Source of the DNA: Bacillota bacterium
GTDB lineage: Bacteria; Bacillota; JAAYKD01
DNA length: 64,000 nt
Reading direction: 5' to 3'
Assembly (NCBI GenBank): GCA_963666425.2
Contig: OY762825.2
Coordinates: forward strand, 480,001 to 544,000
Shown here: positions 20,179 through 31,656 of the stretch, in pieces
Position numbering within the stretch: the first letter of the stretch is position 1
Layout of the letters: the number at the start of each line of letters is the position of its first letter
The notes under the pieces: generated by a model
Databases searched by the model: none
What the model saw: the letters and a program-made list of their open reading frames with translations, nothing else
Told to the model about the DNA's origin: nothing
Position numbers and translations under genes: made by a program

Positions 20179-21621
20179 CTAATCATTGATAGCAGTTCGT
20201 TTCCAGCGAAAAGCACTTTCCAATAACCAAACAATAAATATATACACTATTACTTCATAGAAAAAATTCTTTGTTCCGTTTTGCAATGTATTCCTTGCAA
20301 TATATACAAGCGCAGATAAAGAAGCTACCGAGAATAATTCGCTAAAAGCATTTTTAGATCTCACGTTAAACAGTTTACCAAAAACGGCTCCCAGAGCCAA
20401 GGCAAACAAAGGCCCAAATATATAGCCAAAGTTCAGGTATAATTCGGCTATTACTGAAAATCCTACTCCATATTTCAATCCCAAATAAGAAAATGAAAAC
20501 CAGTTGGATAATGACACATAAGGAATTCCAAAGAAAGTTATCATTCTTTCAGAAATCATACCTAACAAGGCAAGTAATAACGTATTGCCATACGGATATA
20601 TATTAGTTCCTGCCGACACTAGGCTTACTAAAGGCGCCATTGACCCCCCCATTTCAAACAAAGCACTCGAAATTGGAGAATCAATTGAATATAATGCCTC
20701 AAACAAATCACTATATGCAAATTGTGAAGACCTAACTTTTGTAACCGCTACCAAAAAAGCTAATGTCACATATCCCATCACACAAATTACAATCAATTTG
20801 CCTTTGTTTACGCGTTTCTCAATTCTTTTTTCCATATGCCAAAACAAAAGTATCATTAATTGGTAAACAAATCCTCTATCTCCAGAAGCAAAACTAATAA
20901 GTGATACAAGTATTAGCGATCCATAAGCATATCTTTTTATTCCTTTATGATTTTCAACATTGCCAATTAAAATTCCCATTATGCAGGGAAAAAACATCAT
21001 ACTTATCAATACCAAAACTGTACTTGTAGCATATGCGTGGTTACCATAATATAATGAACTGTAACCATATCTATTTGCAATTATATAGTTTCTAATCGTA
21101 CAATAAAATGCTATAGGAATAATAACAAATGAAATTATCAAATTCGCATGAAGAAAAGTAGTCTGATTACTCTGATTATTCACTCTTGAAAGTAGGAATA
21201 CCTCTTTCTGTTTCCTGTTATAGAGAAGAAGCAGTCCAGTATTTAGCATTAATAGTGTAAAAAGTGTAATTAATTGTGTTTTGCATAAGATTAAATCGCT
21301 GATAATGAATATATTGTATAATAAGGTTGATCCAATCTCGCGTTCAGCATGGATCCCCAAAGCCCACATAAAGCACTGACCATAATTAAACAAAAAACAG
21401 AACATAATAAATAAAATTTGCTTTGAAAACCAACTTTGTGTTATTTTCTTCCATTGAACAGAATGCAAAATCAACTGCATAATTCCTAACCAACAAAATG
21501 CGAATTTCATTCCACTCAATATTGAATTATTAAAACCATCTAAACTTATATAAATCATAATATATATTGGTAATGCAAAAATAACGATAATAACATTTGT
21601 CTGTTTTACATATTTTCCCAT
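20179..21621 (-). CDS. Polysaccharide polymerase (Wzy-like)
   Basis: Polytopic; GDRG and GVGFSVIAELYLNFG motifs. Confidence 0.78.
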   Translation of the reverse strand: MGKYVKQTNVIIVIFALPIYIMIYISLDGFNNSILSGMKFAFCWLGIMQLILHSVQWKKITQSWFSKQILFIMFCFLFNYGQCFMWALGIHAEREIGSTLLYNIFIISDLILCKTQLITLFTLLMLNTGLLLLYNRKQKEVFLLSRVNNQSNQTTFLHANLIISFVIIPIAFYCTIRNYIIANRYGYSSLYYGNHAYATSTVLVLISMMFFPCIMGILIGNVENHKGIKRYAYGSLILVSLISFASGDRGFVYQLMILLFWHMEKRIEKRVNKGKLIVICVMGYVTLAFLVAVTKVRSSQFAYSDLFEALYSIDSPISSALFEMGGSMAPLVSLVSAGTNIYPYGNTLLLALLGMISERMITFFGIPYVSLSNWFSFSYLGLKYGVGFSVIAELYLNFGYIFGPLFALALGAVFGKLFNVRSKNAFSELFSVASLSALVYIARNTLQNGTKNFFYEVIVYIFIVWLLESAFRWKRTAIND

Positions 21622-21645
21622 GCCATCCCCCGCTTTTTGGGATTA

Positions 21646-22719
21646 TTAGATATTAATTATGCTATAGCAGAACTCCAGCCAATTATTGCATACGATATCA
21701 ACTGACAGTCGATCCTTAATGAGTTTTGCATTCTGACTAATTCTTATCCGTAGTGTTTCATCCTCCGCGATTTTTTCCATAGCTTGTAAAAGGCGGTGAC
21801 AATCTCCAACGGGTACCAAAAGACCATTTTCTTCATCCTCTATCAGAAATTTTGGACCGCCACATGGGCAATCTGTTGAAATACATGGAAGTCCCATCGC
21901 CATAGCTTCCATTAAAGCATTTGGCATTCCTTCAAAATCTGACGACATAACAAACATCTCAGCACTTTTTATTCTTTCAAGTACGTCATTGCATGCTTCG
22001 TTTATAAAGATTTTATGTTGCAATCCTTTTTGAATCACATAGTCTTTTGTCTTATCTCTCAATTCTCCTGAACCATATATATTTAAACAGAATTTCGGGT
22101 GTATCTTAACGAAAAGTGCAAATGAGTCAATCAATAGTTTATGATTCTTCTGCGCCGTTAATCTACCCACTGTTACAATATTTCCTTTCTTAAATTTCGC
22201 TTCAGGTAAATAGCTTGCAAGAAGAGGGTTGGGGATCACTCTAGATCTTTTTTGTATTTTCTCACAATAAAAGGCCCGTGCATCCGGGGTTTGAAATACA
22301 AAGCCATCTGCAAATTGCATAAGTAAACGCGCTATATGCGCTACAAATTTTTTCCCGAGAAAATGATTCGGGTCATTTCTCTCCGAAATGATATGCGGTA
22401 CATGTGTGCCAAATATTGCTGGCACTGTATAAATGCAAAGTGGCACACCCATTGTAATTACAACTGATGGGGATTCGGAAGAAATAATATCATGTAACTT
22501 TCTGACTGTGTTTATTGCTTCCTTTTTGCTTTTCTGTTCAAGTTTGATTAATTTGATATCATTACCCACTTCATAATTGTTATACGAGCTGCCCAAAGCA
22601 ATAACAACTGCATCAATGTTTTGTGAAATCAACCATCTGGCTAATGTAAATGCAACGCGTTGAGCACCTCCCATAGATATATTAGATATAATTATTACTA
22701 TTTTTTCTATTGAACGCAT
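21646..22719 (-). CDS. GT4 glycosyltransferase
   Basis: GGAQRV, SERNDP, EGMPNALMEAMA. Confidence 0.9.
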   Translation of the reverse strand: MRSIEKIVIIISNISMGGAQRVAFTLARWLISQNIDAVVIALGSSYNNYEVGNDIKLIKLEQKSKKEAINTVRKLHDIISSESPSVVITMGVPLCIYTVPAIFGTHVPHIISERNDPNHFLGKKFVAHIARLLMQFADGFVFQTPDARAFYCEKIQKRSRVIPNPLLASYLPEAKFKKGNIVTVGRLTAQKNHKLLIDSFALFVKIHPKFCLNIYGSGELRDKTKDYVIQKGLQHKIFINEACNDVLERIKSAEMFVMSSDFEGMPNALMEAMAMGLPCISTDCPCGGPKFLIEDEENGLLVPVGDCHRLLQAMEKIAEDETLRIRISQNAKLIKDRLSVDIVCNNWLEFCYSIINI

Positions 22720-22865
22720 CTCACATTACTCCCTGCTATTTTACATTTTCTTCTTTTTCCACTTCTATAATGGATAACGATAGTGCTTATTGGACAGGGA
22801 ATCAAGTTATCAATCAGAATTTCTTACATCAAATGGAAAATGTAATGGAGTCTACAATTGCTACG

Positions 22866-24020
22866 TCAATTTTTTAAATAATCAAGCATCCGATTTCTCT
22901 CAATTTGTATTTTTTGTATATAATATTTCTGCGATTCGCGATAATTACGAAGAGCTTGCTGTTCCATGACATCTCTATTCATTCCTTGCAACACATGACA
23001 TATATCAAAAATACAATGATTATCGTTTCTAATAATAAAATCCTTTTCTAGTAATTCTGGAATTCCTCCGGTCATTGCTCCAAGCGCAGGCACTCCTCTA
23101 CTCATTGCTTCAATAAGAGCACGTGGCAACCCCTCTTGCCGACTAGGTTGTGCATATATATCGATAGTCTCTATCCAGTTTAGAACTGCATCATGTGAAA
23201 TCGCACCTTTAAAAACAACTTGTGCTTCGACACCATTCTTAAGCACTACGCTTTTTAAGTAGTGATTGTCACCTCCACCTACAAGCTCATATCGATAATT
23301 TACAATACCTTGTTCTTTTAGTTTCCCCATAGCCTCAATTACGTACTGCTGACCTTTATACCTAACATCAACAGCGGCTGCAGTTCCTATTGTGATAATC
23401 TCTTTGCTGTTTCTTATCCTTTCAATACGTTGCTTAATAATATTATTATGAGGTTCTGTAATTTGAACATTAGAACAGCTTGTAGAAATACCTTTTGTCG
23501 GATAACGTTTCTGTAGAAAGCCATTCGTTACGTAAATAACATACGGGGCGTTATGTATAACCTTTTTTTGTGCAAAAAAAGCTTGAGGTGCTAATATTTT
23601 TCCTTTCCAAGAATAGTTCCATAATGAATCCCAACTACAACCCACCACTTCGGTCAAATATGGTTTTTTATATTTTTTTGCATACTCAATTGCATAATTT
23701 GCTACATAAGAAGGGACACGCGCTACAACATAATTGCTCTTTCGCACCTGTTCTTCAATTATTTTTTTACATAATCCAACATAAAAAAGCCGTCCACGTA
23801 ATGTGTTCAAGTTTGGGATTTCTACATATTTTACATTACTGTGTTTTAAAACCGTGCTTTGCCTACAATCTTCTGTCGAACTAATTCTTGTAACAGATAC
23901 AAATTCATCTGCTAAGTAAAAATAGCGGTCGATGATTTCATCATTTAGTATTCCAGCATGCATATTCCCTTCTATGTCTTTGTATAACGGGCCATCATGA
24001 AAAAAAGCTAATTTGCTCAT
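22866..24020 (-). CDS. GT4 glycosyltransferase
   Basis: QPSRQEGLPRALIEAMS. Confidence 0.9.
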   Translation of the reverse strand: MSKLAFFHDGPLYKDIEGNMHAGILNDEIIDRYFYLADEFVSVTRISSTEDCRQSTVLKHSNVKYVEIPNLNTLRGRLFYVGLCKKIIEEQVRKSNYVVARVPSYVANYAIEYAKKYKKPYLTEVVGCSWDSLWNYSWKGKILAPQAFFAQKKVIHNAPYVIYVTNGFLQKRYPTKGISTSCSNVQITEPHNNIIKQRIERIRNSKEIITIGTAAAVDVRYKGQQYVIEAMGKLKEQGIVNYRYELVGGGDNHYLKSVVLKNGVEAQVVFKGAISHDAVLNWIETIDIYAQPSRQEGLPRALIEAMSRGVPALGAMTGGIPELLEKDFIIRNDNHCIFDICHVLQGMNRDVMEQQALRNYRESQKYYIQKIQIERNRMLDYLKN

Positions 24021-25180
24021 TTATCTTCCTCACACCTAAACATGTCATCTACTTTTTGATAGATTTCATACATCTTAAAAGCTGTATTATCAATGCTCAG
24101 CAATTCATTCACAAATCGAAATCCTTTATCTGCCATCTTCAAAGCATCTATTGGGTGCTCTAAATTCCAAATTACCCGATTTGCTATATCCACTGGTGAA
24201 TGTTTTGGAACAAGCCAACCTGTTTCTCCATTAATTACTATATCAGGAAAACCTCCTACATATGTTGCAATTGTTGGTACTTTATACGCCATAGATTCAC
24301 CTGCTCCTCCTAAATTCTCACTTAAAGAAGGATGGACAGCTATACGAAATTCATGGTATATCTTTGCTACATCAGATCTATATCCAGTGAAAATTATCCC
24401 CCCCGGACATTGCTTTTCGGCATAAGCTTTTACTTTATTTTCGTAATTTTGTGCTGTTCCCCAAGAGCAACCTACAATAATCCCAATTACGTCAGGATAA
24501 GACTTTCTAACGATTTTTATTGCGTCTATAAAATCCTCATGCCCTTTAATACCGCGAAACTGCATTAAGTAATATTTAGGTTTGTAAAAAAGGCTTACCA
24601 TGCCAATCAGGATTTTATCATTACTAATGAAATAGTCTTTATGTAATCTGTCTTCAGTTAAGTCAATATCCATTTCTCTACTTCCACCATAATAATCCAT
24701 ATAAACTCGGTTATCGGGAATGCCTTCTTTCCTATATATTTTCGAAGTATATTTGCATGTTCCAACAAAAACATCCCGGTTTCCTGCTGTAAAAATATCT
24801 ACTTTTCGAAACAACCAATACTCTAAATGTAATGGTCCAGGAATTTGAAAAATTCTTGGAATTCGATGTTGCTTACCGAGCGAAAGACGTAACATAATCG
24901 TCGTCGATACAAAATGTGAGTGAATTAAATCAGGAGATATCTCATTAACAAGCTTCTGTATCTCCTGTCTTCGTTTCCAGAAAGACCACGGACGATTTAG
25001 TGGTAACGATATATCACATTGAATTACATTCATACCAGCTTCGCGATATTTTTCTGCAAAACCACCTTTTCCATTAGGTAGTATCGTAATAATCTCAATG
25101 CCGTGCTCATGAAGCCATTTCGCTTGTCGAAATGCCCACCCGGCACCAATATTCGTTTTGACAACATTCATGACCTTCAT
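24017..25180 (-). CDS. GT4 glycosyltransferase
   Basis: KGHEDF, PSLSENLGGAGES, GGFPDIV. Confidence 0.88.
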   Translation of the reverse strand: MKVMNVVKTNIGAGWAFRQAKWLHEHGIEIITILPNGKGGFAEKYREAGMNVIQCDISLPLNRPWSFWKRRQEIQKLVNEISPDLIHSHFVSTTIMLRLSLGKQHRIPRIFQIPGPLHLEYWLFRKVDIFTAGNRDVFVGTCKYTSKIYRKEGIPDNRVYMDYYGGSREMDIDLTEDRLHKDYFISNDKILIGMVSLFYKPKYYLMQFRGIKGHEDFIDAIKIVRKSYPDVIGIIVGCSWGTAQNYENKVKAYAEKQCPGGIIFTGYRSDVAKIYHEFRIAVHPSLSENLGGAGESMAYKVPTIATYVGGFPDIVINGETGWLVPKHSPVDIANRVIWNLEHPIDALKMADKGFRFVNELLSIDNTAFKMYEIYQKVDDMFRCEEDK

Positions 25181-25470
25181 ATTAAATCACCTATTAAATC
25201 AGATTAAAATCATTGAGTGTTCTACCATACTTAGTATACTCTCAATAACCTAATAAGTACAGAGGATATTGGTATCATAAAGGGGTTTCCGTTCACCGGG
25301 ATTACCAATTAAATTCTAACACCTTCTGAAAGTACAATTAGGACGAATATTTGGATATTCTGGTGGCTGAGCTACAAGGGATGCGGAATACTCATATTCC
25401 ACTGAATACTTCTCTATACAAACCATCTGGATTGTTAAAATAAATATTGCTAATTAATAATATCTATATA

Positions 25471-26160
25471 CTATCCAATTACCATATCACTTATCGAACC
25501 ATACTGGCCATGTCCTGGATACACTATCATGTTTCGATCTAGTTTATTAAAAAGCGGAACAGTAATACTTTGATAGTCATTTTTGCTTCCACTAGGCAGT
25601 TTGGTAATAACAGGACAATTCAACATACTATCTCCGGAGAATAAGCAATTCTTATCAAATAGAATACATATGCTCCCTTTTGAATGACCCGGTGTTTCAA
25701 ACAACTCTAATTGGTGGTTACCAAACGGCAGTTGGTATTTTTCTCTAAACACAACGTCCTGCATAGCAAACTGAAAGGCTTAACATGCAGTTTTTTGACT
25801 TGTAACTTTATTTCTTCGGAATGCATACAGAAAAAGCGCCTCAAAAATATGCGGAGCGGTTTTTTTTTTAGGGTCCTTAATCATCTCTGCACAGATTTTA
25901 TTCGAAATGATACTGCATGCGAACAAATTTCGAAGATAATTCACACCAGATATGTGATCATAGTGTTCATGTGTTAATATAATGTTAAGATTACTTATTT
26001 CCCTATCATGTAGTAAATCGACAGCTTCTTTCGACTTGCAGGGATCAATGACAATCGCAGAGTCAACACTCTCTTCATTCAGCAGTAGCACATACATGCA
26101 AGAGTCTATTGGCTGGAATTTAAAAACATGAATTTCTATATCACAAATCGGACTTGAGCA
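25471..26160 (-). pseudogene. MBL-fold metallo-hydrolase, frameshifted
   Basis: THEHYDH, TPGHS, FSGD and YPGHG are split over two frames; T11 run near 25860. Confidence 0.8.
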
Positions 26161-27219
26161 TTTCACAGAAATCCATACCTCCAAGTTTAATTGTCATCGC
26201 ACACCAACTAAGCCCCGCACCAAATGCACATAAACAGCAATTCAGTTCCTTCGGTTCCAACATATGAGAAGACAAGTTGTGTACAATATCAACAGGAATA
26301 GACGCACCGCTTGGATTGCCATAATTTTTCAACAATATCCATAAACACTTTTTCGCGTGGTATTCCTATCCTATCTGCCAATTTCTGCAACATGAAGCGG
26401 TTAGGCTGATGGAAAATAAACCAGTCAATGTCTTCTTTCTTGATTCCAGCAAATTCAAGAGTATCGTTAATAAGTGGTGGTACTTCTGTCTGAACAAAAG
26501 TAAATACGCCAGAACCGTCCATGCAAAGATTGTCTAATGCTCTATAGTTTTCCACTTCCATCGTCCTTTAATTCTGCCCGTTTCAGCTGAAGAAGGCAAT
26601 CTGGAGCCACCTGCAGGAATAATCAATGCATCACGTCGACTACCATCAGTTTTATAAACCATATGAATAGTCTCAGAGTTTTTGTCGTTTTCGATAACAG
26701 TGACAGTAGCTGCATCACCTATGAGTGGATAACTATTACGGTCTTTCCTGGAAACTTTATGGCTAAGAACATCGGCATTGAATAACAGCACCTTCTTATT
26801 ATCAAGATGTTCAAGTAAAATAAAAGCTTCCATAAGACCAAGAATATATCCGCAGCATCCTTGAGCAAGATCAACACAGAGAACATCCTCCGATAATGCG
26901 CATTCACCATGAAATCACATTACTTACATGCGGCATAAAGTAGTCCGGTGTAACAGTCACAGTAACAATTGCACCTATTTCTTCTTTTGTTATCTTCCCA
27001 GCAGATAGTAGATAGTTTAGGACCATACACACATAAATCCGAGGTAGATGTCTCTGGCTTTGCGACAACATGCTTCTTATATCCCATGATTTTCTTTAGG
27101 CGCATTGTCTGCGATTCTGGAAATAAGTAATTACTTACCTCATCTTCAAAGAAAATTTCATTTTCTGGTAGTACCGCCAAGACACCATTGATTCTTTTCC
27201 CCGAAAACTTTGTTTTCAT
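26141..27219 (-). pseudogene. FabH-like ketoacyl-ACP synthase III, multiple frameshifts
   Basis: Fragments carrying QGCCGY, GDAA, HQPN and YGNPSGASIP lie in several frames. Confidence 0.8.
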
Positions 27220-27446
27220 ACCGCTCTACCATTCTTAGCAACTAATTCTGCTATTGCTTTTATGTTATAGAAATTCTCCGGAACTATATCGAGCGCATCG
27301 ATACGAATGTTGAATTTTTCCTCCAACTCTGTAATAAGGGTGATGCGATCAAATGAATCTAAAAGCCCGTCTTCAATAAAATTGTCAGAATTATGATAAT
27401 CGAATTCTGGTCTCAATCCATTTAAAATCTCGTAAATCTCCTCCAT
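27216..27446 (-). CDS. Acyl/aminoacyl carrier protein (DltC-like)
   Basis: GLLDSF phosphopantetheine motif, PENF; GGAGG RBS. Confidence 0.85.
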   Translation of the reverse strand: MEEIYEILNGLRPEFDYHNSDNFIEDGLLDSFDRITLITELEEKFNIRIDALDIVPENFYNIKAIAELVAKNGRAV

Positions 27447-27462
27447 AAATAATCTCCTCCCT

Positions 27463-28270
27463 TTACGCGTAAATAAGAACTTTAGTCTTTAATCCGTCAA
27501 ATCTGAAACCATACTTTTCGTAAATATGAATTGCCGCCGTGTTTTTGTCCTCAAACCACACGGTAAAACTCCTGCATTCTTGATAGTGTTTAAGCGCATA
27601 CAGCAATAGCGTTGAACCAATCTTATTGCCTTGATATTTCTTATCAACAGCAACTTGGTAGATATATATACTTGCTGCACTTGTCCTCTCTAATAATACT
27701 ACTGCTGCTATTTCTTTATTAACCCTGTATGTGTATACAAGATTCCGCATTATTAGTTGGCTCAAATAGTCGTCATTCGGCAAATGCGAAACATACTTAT
27801 TAAAACTTAATGAAAGTAATTTCTGAACCTGCTCTACATCTCCCGGTGTAGCATTGCAACAATCCTTTCAACAACTCTCCGGTTAATGGCAACGCGCTTA
27901 TTTTCAAGGCACTCATTCTGCTTAAACAGGTATAATCAACAAAGCCAGAATTACACAATGAATCAGAAAATCATATTCACTGGTTTATCTTTGCCAATGC
28001 ATTCTGTGATTAATGGACGCTTCATTACTTCATCTAATAAGTTTCTTAGTGATTCTGTGCAACTAATTGATTTCATAAAAAAAATACAAGCGCCACACGC
28101 TATTATCATTTACAAACAATGCCTCCGTATCTGAATTAGAAACATAAGTAGAGTTGTAAGAATTCGCCAATTGTTTGCAAGGATGATAATGGCAAATAGT
28201 TATTTGACACATAATCTTTATTACTTCTAATATTATTGACTCCTGAAAAATATGCGTTTATATCAAACAT
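27463..28270 (-). pseudogene. GNAT-family acetyltransferase, frameshifted 5' part
   Basis: C-terminal VAVDKKYQGNKIG...N.AAI..YEKYGF; upstream part is broken. Confidence 0.65.
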
Positions 28271-29793
28271 TATTTTGTCATTTCCTTTAACTTAAGTCGG
28301 TCTATCTTTCCATTTTTGGTTCCTAGGCATCTCATCAACACGATGATATACAGTCGGAATCATGTATTTAGGCAATACACTACCGATTGCTTTCCTCATA
28401 TCAGCAAACAAATAAATCTTCGAGAGCTTCGTAGCAAAGTATAATTTCCTTTTTATCATGATCATAAATAACACAACCGTTTTTTCCACGATTCCTAATG
28501 TATTTATGATTACATGTTCAATTTCTGTCAGTTCTATTCTGTATCCGGAATGCTTTAAAAGAGTATCTTTCCTACCACGAAACATGATTTCTCCACGTTC
28601 ATTAACTAACGCGATATCTCCTGTTCGATAAATAATTTCAGGATATGAAGCATTCAATGGGTTTTGCACAAAAACTGCGCCTGTTTTCTCAGGGTTATTA
28701 TAATAACCCATTGCCAACGATGTACCTCTTACGCACAATTCACCTTCTTCTCCTGTTGCAGCAAGCTGATTATTGTCGTTTAAAATCAAAACATCGGTAT
28801 TTTTTGCATGCCCGCCCAATAGGAATGGGCTCATCATCTGATAATTCACGATCCACGATATAGTAGGTACAATCTAGAGTGATCTCTATTGGCCCATATA
28901 GGTTTACAAATATTGCTTGTGGCAATGCTCTCCACCAAATATTAAACTGTTTTTGTTTGGAATACCTCACCAGCAAACCAAACCATATGAAGATGCGGCA
29001 ATGGAATCCTACCAAGTAAACCCATGTTCGCAATATTGGTCATAATAGTCGGAACCCAAAAAATGAAGGACACCTCATGCTCACTCATCATTTGCAGAAT
29101 CCGTGCAGGAAAGGCAGCCAAACTTTCTTGAATGAGTACCATCGTTGCACCTTTGGCCATCATCAAGCATAACTCATAGCTATAAATGTCAAAAACAACC
29201 GGCGAAAGGCACCCTATTATTTCATGATCTTTTAAATCAATGGTTTCCAAAGACCATTCCGTAAAATCGATGAAACTCCTGTGATTCAAAACAACTCCTT
29301 TGGGTATCCCGGTTGAACCTGATGTGTTAATAATGCAAAGTGGATCCGTGTCAATAACCGATAGTAGCTTTTCATACTGTGTTTCATAACAATAATTCAA
29401 ATCAGTCTTACTAAGATTAATGATCTTCCCACGCGGCCAGATACCTTCAACACGCGAAATATCCGAATCATTTGTAATGATGAGTTCTGGTTTGATCAAG
29501 TCAAGGATAGCCTTAATTCTTGTATCCGGTGTCTTGATATCGAGGTTCATGTACGCATTTCCGCTCTTTATGATTGCTATATCAGAAATAACGGATTCAG
29601 CACATTTTGGTAGAAAGACCGCAATAGGTTTCCGAATAACACCATCTACTGCAGTTTCAATGTGTTCTAGTAAAGCATTCGACATTTTATTGACTTTGTC
29701 AAAAGTAAACTTCCGTTCTTTATCAATAACTGCAAACCTTAAAGGTTCTCTATTCAGCATTTCAAAGAAATACTCTAATAAGTTGATACGCAT
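28270..29793 (-). pseudogene. Amino-acid adenylation (DltA/NRPS A-domain) enzyme, frameshifted
   Basis: NTSGSTGIPKGV, FAGE, NLYGP.E, GELC.RG..LA.GY, YRTGD and GYRIEL.EIE lie across three or more frames. Confidence 0.85.
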
Positions 29794-29813
29794 ACTCTTC
29801 GTCTCCCATAGTT

Positions 29814-30872
29814 TCATCCTATATAAGCATTTTTAAAATAATCATCGGTTGCGATAATTGGAAGGATGTCTGCCTTATCCATGGAAAAATCAGTTACACC
29901 CCATGAAAGACCAATACCAAATCCGGCTGAAATGAAGCTTATTTTCTGTGGACAATTCTCTCTCTCAGCTAAATCTGCAATTGTTAATGGGATGCTGACA
30001 CTGCTTGTATTACCATAGCGATCCATTGAAATGGGCATCTTTTCAGATGCAAGTTTGATTTTTTTTCTTATATGTTCAAGCATGAATAAGTTAGCTTGAT
30101 GGAAAACGCAATAATCGTAATTATCAATTGTTCCACCAAAGATTTTGAAGAATTCCTTGAAAGCACGCGGAACTTGAATAATTGCAAACTCAAAAACAGC
30201 GCTTCCATCCATGATAGACTTAATACGATTCAGGTCAAAATGATCAATATCTACTTTAACCCGTGAATTTAACCCTGGTGTAAGAAGTGCTTGGTAACCA
30301 TTTCCATCTGCTTTCAGTAATGTGTGTATTGTGTCATCTCCTGCTTCAATTATTGTCGCAGAACCAGCATCCCCAAATAAAACAGAATTAGAGTGATCAG
30401 CATTATCAGTCAAATATGGAATTAGCGCATCGGCGCAGCAGAAAAGGACCCGGTGTACCAAACCTGCAACTATCATAGATGCAACTACACTCACTCCGTA
30501 TACAAATCCGGAACAACCTAGGTTAATATCAAAAGCCATACAGTCAACATTTAATCCCAATCGCTTCTGCAGGATATGCGCCGTCGCAGGAGTAGAATAG
30601 TCTGGGTGTTGCGTTACTAATACGATGCCATCAAAAGTATCTTTGGAATATCCTTTGTGGGCAATTAATTTCTCGGCTGCAACATAACAAAGGTCTGAGC
30701 AAGTTTGTTGGTCAGACAAAACATGGCGTTCTTTTACACCAGTTGTGCTTATAAACTTTTCAATACTCTCTCTAGTTAATTCATCTGAGGAATCATATAT
30801 ACTATCCACATGAGTTGGAACCGCGCATGCAAGACCTGTTATCTTGATTCCTTGAAATTCTGATGAAGCCAT
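29814..30872 (-). CDS. FabH-like ketoacyl-ACP synthase III
   Basis: NLGCSGF, HQAN, YGNTSS catalytic Cys-His-Asn. Confidence 0.9.
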   Translation of the reverse strand: MASSEFQGIKITGLACAVPTHVDSIYDSSDELTRESIEKFISTTGVKERHVLSDQQTCSDLCYVAAEKLIAHKGYSKDTFDGIVLVTQHPDYSTPATAHILQKRLGLNVDCMAFDINLGCSGFVYGVSVVASMIVAGLVHRVLFCCADALIPYLTDNADHSNSVLFGDAGSATIIEAGDDTIHTLLKADGNGYQALLTPGLNSRVKVDIDHFDLNRIKSIMDGSAVFEFAIIQVPRAFKEFFKIFGGTIDNYDYCVFHQANLFMLEHIRKKIKLASEKMPISMDRYGNTSSVSIPLTIADLAERENCPQKISFISAGFGIGLSWGVTDFSMDKADILPIIATDDYFKNAYIG

Positions 30873-30893
30873 AGTTCTTTCCCTCCTTGAGTA

Positions 30894-31643
30894 TCACAAT
30901 CCGGCATAAACCTGTAGCACTGAACCTGTAATATATTTAGAAGCTTCACTTAGTAAAAAAGCTATCGAATATGCTGCACTATCCAAATCGATTAAGCCAA
31001 GATATTGTTTCTGCAACAATACATCCATATTTCCACCACAATCATCAAAATTATCATGCCATGTAGGTGTATCTACATTCGCAAAAGCAACATTATTAAT
31101 ACGTATCTTTTGCTCTTTCAATTCTAGTGCTGCTACTTTAATAAACCCATTCATCGATGCTTTTGCAGCAGCGTATCCACACTGCAATAGTGCTCCATTA
31201 TCAACTGCTGCAGATGAGATACCCACTATAGAAGCATTGCCATTTAACCTCTTTTTTTGTGATAAACAACGCACCAATTCGAAGAAAGCAAAAGAATGAA
31301 TGTTAAATATCTTCTGTATAAACTCAGGTTTGCTTGCTTTTAAACTACGGCCTTGCATAATTCCGGCTGCATGGCAAAAACCATCCACCGCACCACGCTG
31401 CAGTATTATTTTATTAATCAATTCTTCTATCTGTTCTGTCTCATTTAAGTCGGCTGTATAAAATTCATGACAACCGAGATTGTCCAGCTTACTTAACGTT
31501 TCCTTAAGTTTCTCCTCGTTCCGCGCAATTATTGTTACATTCGCTCCTAATTGACTCACTATAATTGCACATTGCCTCCCGATCCCGGAGGAAGCTCCAG
31601 TAATAAGAATGTGCTTATTTAATAAATTCATTGGATTAATCAT
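30894..31643 (-). CDS. SDR oxidoreductase (FabG-like)
   Basis: TGASSGIG, YAAAK. Confidence 0.88.
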   Translation of the reverse strand: MINPMNLLNKHILITGASSGIGRQCAIIVSQLGANVTIIARNEEKLKETLSKLDNLGCHEFYTADLNETEQIEELINKIILQRGAVDGFCHAAGIMQGRSLKASKPEFIQKIFNIHSFAFFELVRCLSQKKRLNGNASIVGISSAAVDNGALLQCGYAAAKASMNGFIKVAALELKEQKIRINNVAFANVDTPTWHDNFDDCGGNMDVLLQKQYLGLIDLDSAAYSIAFLLSEASKYITGSVLQVYAGL

Positions 31644-31656
31644 TATAGTAGCCTCA

